From Candidatus Heimdallarchaeota archaeon (GTDB taxonomy: Archaea > Asgardarchaeota > Heimdallarchaeia > Heimdallarchaeales > Heimdallarchaeaceae): DNA of 63,122 bases. Position numbers and translations under genes: made by a program. Shown here one piece after another: positions 1 to 9,929 of the stretch (position 1 is the first letter of the stretch; each line of letters begins with the position of its first letter). The notes below the pieces were generated by a model, which ran no database searches, was not told where the DNA came from, and worked only from the letters and a program-made list of their open reading frames with translations. The stretch covers positions 1 through 63,122 of the forward strand of contig JABCTC010000021.1 of NCBI GenBank assembly GCA_018238545.1. Direction: 5' to 3'.

Positions 1-91
1 CTCCAGTAGCTCGAAGATTAGACTGTGGCGAAGAGACCGCTGTCTCATCATCAAAAGATGTTGATTTAACAGAATCGTTTTCATTAACCAT
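1..91 (-). CDS. 5' end of a CDS running off the window (MVNENDSVKSTSFDDETAVSSPQSNLRATG...)
   Basis: ATG at 91-89, frame open to the window edge, lies downstream of the tRNA-Phe T-tract. Confidence 0.45.
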   Translation of the reverse strand, partial: MVNENDSVKSTSFDDETAVSSPQSNLRATG

Positions 92-158
92 GGTTCTTTG
101 AAATAAGCAGTTTTTAAAAAAGCTTCTGCAATAAATTAAGATAAAAGAAAAAAATGAA

Positions 159-267
159 TGGTGCCCAGAGCGTGATTTCCAACATTCCAGAACGCATCTG
201 AAACAATTCTTGAACACGCGACAACAGGATCTTCAGTCCTGCGCTCTCCCAGCTAAGCTATCTAGGC
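159..267 (-). tRNA. tRNA-Phe(GAA) with a 33-nt T-loop intron (~59/60; 176-208)
   Basis: Cloverleaf: GCCTAGA/TCTGGGC acceptor, CAGGA-CTGAAGA-TCCTG anticodon arm, T-arm GCGTG..CACGC interrupted by a BHB-like insert, encoded CCA. Confidence 0.93.
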
Positions 268-368
268 AGCATTGTTCTATCTTTTTTCTTCACCGTTCCA
301 TTAAAAGTTTTTTGTTCTATTTCCCTTTATGGTTTAATCTAATAAAATATGTCTACTAACCACCTTAA

Positions 369-860
369 GTGACTAAAAATTTATCATTTACATTTTCCTT
401 GTTCAATATGCTTATGGCTCTAAAAGAAACTGATAAATTAGCAGAGAGAAAAAAACGCACTTTATTTATTATTATTGGCGCTATTATTGGTGTTTTAGTT
501 TTCAATTTGTTTTTTCTACTCGATTATCTTTTCTACTTTGATCCTGAATTAGAAAGTATCATTCTCTTGTATGTTTTTATTGGATTGGGCGGTTTTATCT
601 CAGGCCTAATACCTTTAAAAATAGTCGATGGTTTAATCTCTGGTGTTTCTTATTCATTCTTTTTTTATATTGAAATGAATTTAATGGCAGTGTTTTATTA
701 TATCAAATTGGGAGTTTTGAATGAGGTTTGGAAACCGCAAATTCTTGCTATTACCTTGCTTTACGTTCTAATAACAATTGGCTGCGCTATTATTGGTATA
801 GGTCTGAGATTTCTAATTGTTCTACTATTTAGCAAATTAAGAAAGAGTAGAATCACCTGA
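369..860 (+). CDS. hypothetical membrane protein (~4 TM); start probably ATG 408 or 414
   Basis: Four hydrophobic segments, no recognised motif. Confidence 0.7.
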   Translation: MTKNLSFTFSLFNMLMALKETDKLAERKKRTLFIIIGAIIGVLVFNLFFLLDYLFYFDPELESIILLYVFIGLGGFISGLIPLKIVDGLISGVSYSFFFYIEMNLMAVFYYIKLGVLNEVWKPQILAITLLYVLITIGCAIIGIGLRFLIVLLFSKLRKSRIT

Positions 861-933
861 TTTCTCTTTTTTGACCGATTTTTTCCAAATATTAACGTTT
901 AATAAAGTCCAAGTCTTATTCATTTTGAGGATT

Positions 934-1494
934 ATGTCAAAAGACCGTTATTATTCTAAGAAGGATTACAAAGGAGATTATTCTGCTTTTGGTTCTGCTA
1001 CTATTTTCATTTTCATAGGTGTTTTATCACTAGTATTTAGACACTACAATATAGAGTTTATAGGATTAGCCTCTTGGGGTTATTGGCTTTTCATTCCTGC
1101 CTTTTTCACAATCGTTGGGGCTATTGGTCATCTAGACTCTGATCGTCGAATGCGTAACAATGTTTTGCTTGCTGTTCAAAATCGAGGAGATAGCTCTGTT
1201 AAACTTGAAACTTTAGCCGAAGAGACAGGCATTAAATCTAAGAACGTTCTTCGCGTTCTTGTTGATTTACGCAATGATAGTAAGATTAAGTATCGTTATA
1301 ATACAGAATCAGGTGCAATTATGCTTGGTGAAACAGTCAATTATGAAAAATCTCCTGAATTCACAGAACCTATCTCTCAAAAACAGCTTGAAGTTATTTA
1401 TCCCTCTGGTGAAGTTAACTTCTGTCCCTATTGTGGTCACAAAGCTAGTGTAGGTATGCAATTCTGTGAGAGTTGTGGTTCCAAGTTTTCTTAA
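934..1494 (+). CDS. membrane protein: 2 TM + winged-helix-like domain + C-terminal double zinc ribbon
   Basis: TM pair, LETLAEETGIKSKNVLRVLVDL helix-turn-helix, CPYCG..CESCG; start moved to ATG 934. Confidence 0.75.
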   Translation: MSKDRYYSKKDYKGDYSAFGSATIFIFIGVLSLVFRHYNIEFIGLASWGYWLFIPAFFTIVGAIGHLDSDRRMRNNVLLAVQNRGDSSVKLETLAEETGIKSKNVLRVLVDLRNDSKIKYRYNTESGAIMLGETVNYEKSPEFTEPISQKQLEVIYPSGEVNFCPYCGHKASVGMQFCESCGSKFS

Positions 1495-1516
1495 AGACTC
1501 TTTTTTTCTTTTTCTT

Positions 1517-2449
1517 TTACTTGTGAAAAGTTAAGTGTACTACATCACCGTCTACTAACTCGTATCCTATTCCCACTCTTTTTCTTCTTCCATTAGGTCC
1601 GCCTTCAAGTACTATTGCATCTTTAAAAATCTCAACTTTTCCTTTTGCTACTTTCTTAATAATGTCTTTAACTGTTACTTGATCCTTGAAAAACACTATT
1701 GGAAGATCTTCTATTTTGTTAAATGAGTCCATCGTATATAACCGCGTAGGCTTGATTATCTCAATCATCTTTTTCTTAATTTCCTCTAGGTTATCATTTG
1801 AAACCTCTTTCAAACCTGTTGATAGCACAACTTCCATCTCTTTATCGTATACTAGCAAAGTCGGAATTGTCCTTGGATTTGTTTGTGTAAAGCCATCATC
1901 CATCCGCTCTGATTTTAGATGGATATTGTTCTTCTTTAGTTCAGATAATACCAGCTTAAAATCTTTTATCGATCGCCCTAGAATCAACAGACAATCTGTT
2001 GAATGAACCATGGCTAGTGTTGATTTGTTGCTATCCCAACAGCCTTCATATATTGCAGGTAGTTCTACTAACTGAAAATTAACATTGTCGTATTTTAAAG
2101 CACCATATTGTGCTTCTGTTGTAGTATAAGGATAATCTGCAACAAGGAAGTTTGTCCCAGTAAGATTGTTAAGTAATGTACTCTTCCCGCTGTTAGCTGC
2201 GCCAATCACTATGAATTGAGGAGTTTCCTTCTTAGTTTGACCTCCTTTACGAGATGTCTTTTTCGCTTGTTCCATCGTTTCTATTTCTTTTAACTCTCGT
2301 CGCAACTTATCCTTGATTTTTCTGTAGTCTCCAACATCAAACTGAATTTCTTTCAGTAATAGACGAATTTCCCTTACTCGCTCATCCCCTGCTTTCCCTT
2401 TAAGGCGACCATTTATTTCATCCATCATTACACTATAAGGCTTAGGCAT
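1517..2449 (-). CDS. OBG/DRG-family GTP-binding protein with C-terminal TGS-like domain
   Basis: G1 GAANSGKST, G2 DYPYTT, TGS-like end RVGIGYELVDGDVV. Confidence 0.85.
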   Translation of the reverse strand: MPKPYSVMMDEINGRLKGKAGDERVREIRLLLKEIQFDVGDYRKIKDKLRRELKEIETMEQAKKTSRKGGQTKKETPQFIVIGAANSGKSTLLNNLTGTNFLVADYPYTTTEAQYGALKYDNVNFQLVELPAIYEGCWDSNKSTLAMVHSTDCLLILGRSIKDFKLVLSELKKNNIHLKSERMDDGFTQTNPRTIPTLLVYDKEMEVVLSTGLKEVSNDNLEEIKKKMIEIIKPTRLYTMDSFNKIEDLPIVFFKDQVTVKDIIKKVAKGKVEIFKDAIVLEGGPNGRRKRVGIGYELVDGDVVHLTFHK

Positions 2450-2494
2450 GCGTATAACCTGTCTTGATTTTAATAAAACTCGTTTGTATACTTA

Positions 2495-3367
2495 TTAATC
2501 TTTTTTAGCCATTGCCTCTGTCACTAATCTCTTGCTTAACTTCCATAAGAAATCTTGATTGAGTACATTTTTGGTCATCTTTGCTGTCTTTGATTCTTTG
2601 CAATCAGTAAAGTATTTCCCAGATATTCCTTCTAAATCATTAGAGGAGGCAACATACACCGAGGTTTTTGCACTATTTTCAATTGTACGGGGCGGTAGTA
2701 TAATGTCAGCAAATTTTCTGAACACTTTAGATAAGCCAACAGTGGTCATCTGTGTTTTCACATGTCCCGGATTTACGGAGTTCGCTGTCACTTCAGTTCC
2801 CTCCAGTTCTCTAACAAGTTTGTTGGTAAACAAAACCATTGCAGTTTTAGAATTACTGTAAGCTTGTGGTCCCAAATAGCCCTTTTCTAGAAACGGATCT
2901 TTCATTTTAATTTTGAAGTATCTATGAATGTTAGAGGAGAGATTGATAATTCTTGAAGGGGCATTCTTCTTCAAGAGAGGAAGTAATAATTCTGTAAGAT
3001 AATAATGAGCTAAATAATTCACAGCAAACGTGCTTTCATATCCATCATGTGAAGTTGTTCTCTTCATATGGAACACTCCAGCATTGTTTATCAAAACATG
3101 TAAACTATTGTGGCTTCGTAGAAACTCTTCTGCAAAACGTTTGACATCTTTTAATGATGCCAAATCACAGATTAATAGTTCAATGTTCTTATTATCCGTT
3201 GTCTGGATTATTTCTTCTTTAGCTTGTGCTCCTTTTTCTTGGTTGCGGCAAACCATTATTACATGAGCACCTAAAGAAGCAATTTGTCTTGCTGTTTCTT
3301 TTCCTATCCCAGTATTAGCGCCTGTTATCAAACAAGTTTTTCCCTTTATCCAAGAATCCTTTGACAT
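2495..3367 (-). CDS. SDR oxidoreductase (retinol dehydrogenase/WWOX-like)
   Basis: TGANTGIG, NNAG, YSNSK catalytic motif. Confidence 0.9.
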   Translation of the reverse strand: MSKDSWIKGKTCLITGANTGIGKETARQIASLGAHVIMVCRNQEKGAQAKEEIIQTTDNKNIELLICDLASLKDVKRFAEEFLRSHNSLHVLINNAGVFHMKRTTSHDGYESTFAVNYLAHYYLTELLLPLLKKNAPSRIINLSSNIHRYFKIKMKDPFLEKGYLGPQAYSNSKTAMVLFTNKLVRELEGTEVTANSVNPGHVKTQMTTVGLSKVFRKFADIILPPRTIENSAKTSVYVASSNDLEGISGKYFTDCKESKTAKMTKNVLNQDFLWKLSKRLVTEAMAKKD

Positions 3368-3465
3368 TGTATCACATTAATTGATGCTTTTTTCAATATT
3401 AACTATTCATTGAAACAATAATTTTATACGAATTATTTATTAATAAATTGAAGTTTACGAGTTTC

Positions 3466-4671
3466 ATGAGTTCAGAAAAATCTAAAGTTTATTTTGGTTC
3501 TTTTCAGAATGGAAGAAACGCTGTTTTTGCTTCCTTTGCTGTTAAACTAGACAAAATTGTCGAACTTTTACTAGAAGAAACACCTATTGAGAAAAAGGAT
3601 AAGGTTGCCGTCAAGATGCATTTAGGTTTCAATGATGGTTATCAGACTATACCTGTGTTCTTTGTACGAAGAATTGTTGAAGCAATAAAGAAAGCTGGAG
3701 GATATCCTTTTGTTACAGATAATCCTACTAGTGTTTATAATGCTGTTAACAGAGGTTATACCTCAGAAACTTGTGGTTGCCCCATTATTCCTATAGCTGG
3801 AGTTAAAGATGGGTATACAAAACCGGTAGAAGTTAACTACAGAGGAATAGACACTCTAGACCTAGCTGGGGCACTTATTGACGCTGATGTTTTAGTGGAT
3901 CTTTCTCATGCTAAAGGTCATGGAGCATGTGGTTATGGAGGAGCAATTAAGAATCTTGCTTTAGGAGGATATTCAGGTCCAACACGTTGGAGAAAAATAC
4001 ATGGTGCATCAAGTGTTGATGAATACTGGGATAAAGCAAAAGGAACACCAGAGCTAGCACAGAAACTAGTAGAATCTTGTCCATATGGTGCTCTCAGTTA
4101 TGATGAAGAAAAAGGTGATCTCAGACGAAATTATCATGATTGTCAGCAATGTATGACTTGCTTGCAAGTTGATGGTGGTTTGGGAGCTGTAAAACTTCCA
4201 CGTGAAAGCTATACTTCGTTCCAAGAGATGATGGCTATAGCAACCAAGAAGGTTCTTGAAACTTTCAAACCTGAGAAAGTGATGTATATTAGCATCCTTA
4301 ACGAGATCACCGCGTACTGTGACTGCATGGGCCTCGGGCAGATGCCTATCGTCAACGATATTGGAGCTGTTGGAAGTAAAGACATTGTTGCTATTGAAAC
4401 CGCCACACTTGATTTAATCAAAAAGGAAGGTTTAATCAAAAAGAATATTCCTTCATATTTCAAGCATGCTAATCTTGATCCTGAAGTTGATCTTCATCCC
4501 TTCACCAGAGTCCATGGACCTTACAAAGATCCTTATGAAACTGTTCAATTTGCTGAAAAGATGGGTTTGGGTACTTCCAATTATGAATTAATCGAGATTC
4601 TTTCTCCTGAAGAAACGGCTAAGATGGAACCACCCAAAAGAGTTTTCGAAGGTGAACCTACCTTCTTCTAA
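3466..4671 (+). CDS. DUF362-family Fe-S protein
   Basis: VAVKMHLG, SHAKGH..GGAIKNLALG, ferredoxin-like Cys motifs, CDC; start ATG 3466. Confidence 0.8.
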   Translation: MSSEKSKVYFGSFQNGRNAVFASFAVKLDKIVELLLEETPIEKKDKVAVKMHLGFNDGYQTIPVFFVRRIVEAIKKAGGYPFVTDNPTSVYNAVNRGYTSETCGCPIIPIAGVKDGYTKPVEVNYRGIDTLDLAGALIDADVLVDLSHAKGHGACGYGGAIKNLALGGYSGPTRWRKIHGASSVDEYWDKAKGTPELAQKLVESCPYGALSYDEEKGDLRRNYHDCQQCMTCLQVDGGLGAVKLPRESYTSFQEMMAIATKKVLETFKPEKVMYISILNEITAYCDCMGLGQMPIVNDIGAVGSKDIVAIETATLDLIKKEGLIKKNIPSYFKHANLDPEVDLHPFTRVHGPYKDPYETVQFAEKMGLGTSNYELIEILSPEETAKMEPPKRVFEGEPTFF

Positions 4672-5063
4672 TCTTTCTTTTCTTCTTTTTCTATTTTTTT
4701 TCTTGTAAAGAATGTTGCTACTAAATCAGTTATTAAACCGTATGCTATTCCTGCTCCAAAAGTTGTATAACTGAAGTGGGGGTCTAGTAACAATACTGTA
4801 GTTGAGAACAATAGCCCAAAGAATATTCCTCTTATACTGACATTCACCCACTTTTTCCACCCAATTCCAGGCAATATAACAAAATCCTGAACGAATCCGA
4901 TTGATACTCCAAGCACAAGTCTAGACATCCAAATTCCCAATAAGTAAACTATGTTCCCTAGATAATCTCCACCAAAAATTCTTGAGCCAACACCTACAAC
5001 ACAAATTATACCTAGTAACGCTCCTGTAACTGTTGAAATAATTAGTCTCTTATAATTGATCAT
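4668..5063 (-). CDS. hypothetical membrane protein (4 TM)
   Basis: Hydrophobic Gly-rich helices. Confidence 0.75.
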   Translation of the reverse strand: MINYKRLIISTVTGALLGIICVVGVGSRIFGGDYLGNIVYLLGIWMSRLVLGVSIGFVQDFVILPGIGWKKWVNVSIRGIFFGLLFSTTVLLLDPHFSYTTFGAGIAYGLITDLVATFFTRKKIEKEEKKD

Positions 5064-5175
5064 TTTCTTCAGTTAGTCTATTACGTAGTTCTCTTTAAAC
5101 CTTTTTTTCCTTCAATTAAAACTAGGAGAACTTCATATAGAACATTTTATAATGTCCTTTGAGATTTTTTAGTCA

Positions 5176-6114
5176 GTGAAAACTATGGATTTGAAAGGTA
5201 GGTCACTTCTTTCATTGAAAGATTTTACGGCAGAAGAAATTCGTTTTCTTCTTGATGAATCTAAAAGATTGAAGGCTGATTTTAAAGCCTATAATCGCGA
5301 AAAACCACTTAAAGGTCTAACTCTAGGAATGATTTTTCAAAAACGATCAACCCGAACTCGTGTTTCTACCGAGGTCGCTATGTATTATTTAGGTGGTCAT
5401 GGAATCTTTTTGAGTTCTTCGGATATCCAATTAGGTGCTGGAGAAACTATTAAGGATACAGCTCATGTGCTTTCAAGAATGCTTGATGGTGTATTAGCAA
5501 GGGTTTATGCCCATGAAGATGTTAAGGAGCTAGCAAAATATTCTACTGTCCCTGTTATCAATGCTCTTTCAGACAAATATCATCCATTACAGATCCTTGC
5601 TGATTTATTAACCATTGAAGAACACAAGGATAGGTTAGCTGGATTGAAACTAGCATGGTCGGGAGATGGAAATAATGTTTGTAACTCCTTACTTATAGGC
5701 TGTGCAAAGATGGGTATTGACATGTCAGTGGCAACACCGAAGGGATATGAACCTCCAAACGATGTTGTAGAATTGGCTATGGGTTTTGCAGAAGATACAG
5801 GTGCAAAGATTGTCATAACAAATAATGCTGAGGTAGCAGTAAAAGATGCAGATGTAGTAGTAACTGACACCTTCATTTCAATGGGTGAAGAAGAGCAAGA
5901 AAAAGAAAAACTAGTCGCTTTCAAGGACTATATTGTATCAGATGAGTTATGTGCAAATGCTAAATCAGATTTTATTTTCATGCACTGTTTACCTTACAAA
6001 CATAAAGAAGCTACAGAAGAGATTTTTGAGAGCGAAAACAGTGTTGTTTTTGATGAAGCAGAAAACAGACTTTGCACTGTCATGGCTGTTCTTAATGCTT
6101 TTATGGGACAATAA
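5176..6114 (+). CDS. argF: ornithine carbamoyltransferase
   Basis: STRT carbamoyl-phosphate motif, HPLQ, SMG loop, HCLP. Confidence 0.95.
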   Translation: MKTMDLKGRSLLSLKDFTAEEIRFLLDESKRLKADFKAYNREKPLKGLTLGMIFQKRSTRTRVSTEVAMYYLGGHGIFLSSSDIQLGAGETIKDTAHVLSRMLDGVLARVYAHEDVKELAKYSTVPVINALSDKYHPLQILADLLTIEEHKDRLAGLKLAWSGDGNNVCNSLLIGCAKMGIDMSVATPKGYEPPNDVVELAMGFAEDTGAKIVITNNAEVAVKDADVVVTDTFISMGEEEQEKEKLVAFKDYIVSDELCANAKSDFIFMHCLPYKHKEATEEIFESENSVVFDEAENRLCTVMAVLNAFMGQ

Positions 6115-6215
6115 TTCCATCTTTTCTTTCTTTTTCATTTCCTAGCTGTTTTTCAACTATTTTCAATTTAAGTCAATAAATAAACAAAAATAGAAGGAGT
6201 GTCAAAACACTCTTT

Positions 6216-7517
6216 TTAATCTCCTGCTATAGGAGTAGTTGCCACAGTTTTTATTTTGGGGAATTTCAAGAATTTTGTTCTAATGCTTAGCAATGTTATA
6301 CCTAAAAGCAGTATTCCGCTTGCCATTAACATAGTGTTTGCTATTCCTATAGTTTCTGCTGTTAAACCAGAGAGCGATAAACAGATTACACTAAACACTT
6401 GTACATATGCATTTGTCGCACTATATGCCCTTCCTCTTATTTCATTGGGAACCTCTTCTGCAAAATAGGCATTGATGCTTAAGCTATGCATCCCAGCTAA
6501 TATGCCTGCTACTAGTCCAAAGGCACCAATTACATAAATTGATGGTGTAAATATGAATATGGCATAATATGTTGCTAAACCCACCACTCCTGCTATTATT
6601 GCTCTAGATCTCCCTATTCTTTTCTCAAATTTAGCAAAGAGCAAAGTTCCTACAACAGTTCCAAATGCTACAATTGCACCAATTATTCCAAACTCAATAT
6701 TTGCTAATTGTTCTAATAGCACATTTCCACCATGTCGTATTTCGAATATCCATGGATATAGTAAAGGTCCTGCAAAGGATGCTCCTATTATTATAAACGT
6801 AAACAACACTAGTAGTATTTTTATTATTGGGTGTCTAAAAAGAAAGCTTAACCCTTCTCTTAGATCGCTAAATATTGTTTTTATCGTCAAAGTTTCTTTT
6901 TCTCTTGACGCTGATGGAATTACTGTTCTTAGTATTATCAATCCTGATAAAGCATAACATCCACTTGTTATCCAAAATGCTGGTGGTCCAAAGAATGCGT
7001 AGATTGGTGCAGCCATAAGCGGTCCTAATACTGCTAAAGTTTGAAAAATGAGTCTACTTATGCTAATTGCCTTTACATATGACTTCAACCCAACAATCTC
7101 AGGAATAGCTGCAGATCTTGGAGCCGCAAAGCTTGAAGATCCCACTCCATCCAGGAAAGCTATTATTAGCAATAAATAGAATGAGTGGACAAAGGGTATA
7201 GCGATAATTGAAAATGCCCTCATAAAATCAGCTGACACCATAATTGTTTTTCGACTTATTCTATCAGCTAAAACACCTGAAATTGGACCGATTAAAATCC
7301 AAGGCAAAGTTTGGGCCGCTAAGACAAATGTCATCTGAGCAGCTGAACCTGTAAGACTGTAAACATAAAGCACAATCGCTATTCTAAAAACTGCATCTCC
7401 TATATTACTAAATAATTGTCCAGAAAGCAGTTTAACAAATTCCTTATTTCTAAATACATCCCCGTAAGATGATTCAGATTCAGATTCTGTTTCATTTTCT
7501 ATTTTATTCTCTGTCAT
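6216..7517 (-). CDS. MFS transporter (DHA3/MefA-like)
   Basis: 12 TM, motif A GVLADRISRK, EEVPNEIRGR; SD AGGTGA. Confidence 0.9.
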   Translation of the reverse strand: MTENKIENETESESESSYGDVFRNKEFVKLLSGQLFSNIGDAVFRIAIVLYVYSLTGSAAQMTFVLAAQTLPWILIGPISGVLADRISRKTIMVSADFMRAFSIIAIPFVHSFYLLLIIAFLDGVGSSSFAAPRSAAIPEIVGLKSYVKAISISRLIFQTLAVLGPLMAAPIYAFFGPPAFWITSGCYALSGLIILRTVIPSASREKETLTIKTIFSDLREGLSFLFRHPIIKILLVLFTFIIIGASFAGPLLYPWIFEIRHGGNVLLEQLANIEFGIIGAIVAFGTVVGTLLFAKFEKRIGRSRAIIAGVVGLATYYAIFIFTPSIYVIGAFGLVAGILAGMHSLSINAYFAEEVPNEIRGRAYSATNAYVQVFSVICLSLSGLTAETIGIANTMLMASGILLLGITLLSIRTKFLKFPKIKTVATTPIAGD

Positions 7518-7560
7518 AATTTCACCTAAATTTCGATTTCATTTATGATAAAGAAAAAAA

Positions 7561-7665
7561 TTATTGCAAGCTTCCCCTGTATAAAATGTACTTTTCTAAG
7601 GAAGCTAGCCTCTCTTTACGCCAATCTATTTTGATTTGATCTTGTTTCTTTCTACTTGATACCAT
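7561..7665 (-). CDS. small 34-aa ORF (MVSSRKKQDQIKIDWRKERLASLEKYILYRGSLQ) upstream of the MFS gene
   Basis: ATG preceded by SD GGTGAG, downstream of a TTTAAATA TATA box, followed by a T-tract. Confidence 0.55.
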   Translation of the reverse strand: MVSSRKKQDQIKIDWRKERLASLEKYILYRGSLQ

Positions 7666-7677
7666 GTTTCTCACCGT

Positions 7678-7777
7678 TTCTCATTTTGTTTGAGAATTGT
7701 TCTCACATAACATAAGAATGACAGGTATTTAAAGGTTTCTCATTTAGTGTGAGAATTAGTATCATTATGAATGAGAA
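7678..7777. promoter_or_regulatory. four palindromic operators TTCTCA-N7-TGAGAA in a divergent promoter
   Basis: Sites at 7678-7696 (perfect), 7700-7718, 7737-7755 (perfect) and 7759-7777; two pairs, each with 22-bp spacing; TATA-like boxes at ~7727 (minus) and ~7781 (plus). Confidence 0.8.
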
Positions 7778-7826
7778 CTCTTATATATTCTTCTGTGAAC
7801 CGTTAGGATGAAGATTGGTTGAAACT

Positions 7827-8462
7827 ATGGTATTCCAAGACATAATAGAAGAAAAGCAAGAATCTGTTATATTTATTGATAATGATAAAACAGTAAAAAA
7901 GATGTTTAATCCTCTTTATGCCCCAATTATAAAGATTCTAAGAGAAGGATATAGAACCTTCAAAGAGATTAAAGAAGAGTATACAAAGCATGCTAGTACC
8001 TTACCTCCCGATAAAACTTTGTACAGACATCTTACTACTTTGAAAGAAGCTGGATTAATTATGGAGATTGGTAAGAGAGTGTATAAGGGGCAATCAATGA
8101 CCGAGAAGTTATTTTCACGAACTGCAAAGTTCTTTCACACTGGAACAAAAATAAAAGATCAAGAATACAAGGACAGGATTGAGAAACAATCAAAGATTCT
8201 TGCGAAATTTCTTATTTTAACTTATGATATTCAAAAAAATTCTGCAGAATGTATTGAAAAACTTCTAAACAAAGTCCATTCTTGTGATATTCAAGGCATA
8301 GACAAACTTTTCCGTGATTTCCCTGATGAAGTTGCTGAAATCGCTGGCAATCTTCCTCATGATGAGTTGCAAGGCGTAGTTGATGAGTACATACGCCTTA
8401 ACACGTTACTCAATTTTCCAGAATTGAAAGAGGAATTGAAGAAATGTTTGGGTATTGATTGA
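7827..8462 (+). CDS. winged-helix (ArsR-like) transcriptional regulator
   Basis: IIKILREG..TFKEIKEEY..KTLYRHLTTLKEAGLI wHTH; divergent from the MFS gene across the operators. Confidence 0.85.
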   Translation: MVFQDIIEEKQESVIFIDNDKTVKKMFNPLYAPIIKILREGYRTFKEIKEEYTKHASTLPPDKTLYRHLTTLKEAGLIMEIGKRVYKGQSMTEKLFSRTAKFFHTGTKIKDQEYKDRIEKQSKILAKFLILTYDIQKNSAECIEKLLNKVHSCDIQGIDKLFRDFPDEVAEIAGNLPHDELQGVVDEYIRLNTLLNFPELKEELKKCLGID

Positions 8463-8525
8463 TATCCTTTGTTTTTTGTTCATATTAATTTTTATATGGT
8501 AAGATAAAACTAGCCACGAGGATAC

Positions 8526-9929
8526 ATGAAACCTACTGAAGTTTATCAGTCCAACAAGCAACAATTTTATGATGAATTGTTTGAGCTGCTTCGGATTCCT
8601 AGTATAACAAAAAACAGCGAAGATGTAAAAGTAGCAGCTGAATGGTTAAAGAATAAACTAGAACAAAATGCCGATTATGTTGAGATAATTCAAACAAAAG
8701 GCAATCCTGTCGTGTTTGCAGAATGGAAACCCCAGATACAACAAAAGAACACACCGACCTTACTTCTCTATGGTCATTATGATGTTCAACCCCCTGAACC
8801 TCTAGACAAGTGGAATTCACCACCTTTCGAGCCAGAAATACGTGATGGACGGATATTTTGCCGTGGAGTTGGCGATAACAAAGGACAGTTTTATGCCCAT
8901 TATTGTGCTATAAAATGCCTACGTGAAACTAATGAACTTGGATTAACTGTGAAATTTATTTTGGATGGAGAAGAAGAGTTAGGCTCCTATCATCTTGAAG
9001 AAGCTATGAACGCAAGAAAAGAGTTCTTTGAAGATGTCGACTTAATTATCGTTTCTGATGGTCCAGCTGATCCTTCTTGGAAACCTACACTCGAATTTGG
9101 CGCTAGAGGTATACAAACTGTACGAATTGAGCTACAATCAGCTGATAGCGATGTTCACAGTGGTAATTTTGGAGGAATTCAACCTAACCCCGCATGGGAT
9201 CTATTATCCATCCTTAATACCATGAGAGATGCAAATGGTAAATGTCTGATTGAAGGTTTTTATGATGATGTTTTTGTACCTTCTGAAGCAGCACTTAAAG
9301 CTGCAGAAGAGCTTAACCGCGACCCTGATACATACATGAAACAATTAGGCATATCCTATTTTGGTGAAGAACAAGATCAACCTTTAACGCACAGAGTAAT
9401 GTTCCGTCCAACATTCAATATTCGCGGATTCAAATCCGGAGAGATTAGAGAGAATGCCAAAACCATTATCCCCAGTGAAGCAGTTGTAGAGATAGATGTT
9501 AGAATGGTGCCTAACCAAACACCCAAAAAAATGGAAGCCTTGATTCTTGATCATCTAGATAAGTTAAAGGGTCAATCTGAAAGGATGGCTCAAGTTCTTG
9601 ACAGATGTAAAATCAGTTTTGGAGCTAGTTTTCATCCTTTGTTTACTCCTTTAGAACTACCTTGGACAGAGATATTAGCAGAGGCAATTAAGGAAGGATT
9701 TGAGCAGGAACTTGTAAAACTTCCACTTGCAGGAGGAAGTTTGCCTTTATATTCCTTGTATAAAGTTACTGAAAAACCTATTTACATAATTCCATACGCA
9801 CAACCAGACGAAGCTAATCATGCACCAAATGAAAACATGATGGTGGAATGGTTTGAGAAAGGAGTAAAAACCAGTATCAAACTATTACAAAAGCTAGGTA
9901 ACACAGATTTATCTAATTTATCTAGCTAA
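8526..9929 (+). CDS. M20/M25/M40 metallopeptidase (dipeptidase/ArgE-DapE-like)
   Basis: YGHYDVQP, RGVGDNKG, GEEE, HSG, HAPNE. Confidence 0.92.
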   Translation: MKPTEVYQSNKQQFYDELFELLRIPSITKNSEDVKVAAEWLKNKLEQNADYVEIIQTKGNPVVFAEWKPQIQQKNTPTLLLYGHYDVQPPEPLDKWNSPPFEPEIRDGRIFCRGVGDNKGQFYAHYCAIKCLRETNELGLTVKFILDGEEELGSYHLEEAMNARKEFFEDVDLIIVSDGPADPSWKPTLEFGARGIQTVRIELQSADSDVHSGNFGGIQPNPAWDLLSILNTMRDANGKCLIEGFYDDVFVPSEAALKAAEELNRDPDTYMKQLGISYFGEEQDQPLTHRVMFRPTFNIRGFKSGEIRENAKTIIPSEAVVEIDVRMVPNQTPKKMEALILDHLDKLKGQSERMAQVLDRCKISFGASFHPLFTPLELPWTEILAEAIKEGFEQELVKLPLAGGSLPLYSLYKVTEKPIYIIPYAQPDEANHAPNENMMVEWFEKGVKTSIKLLQKLGNTDLSNLSS

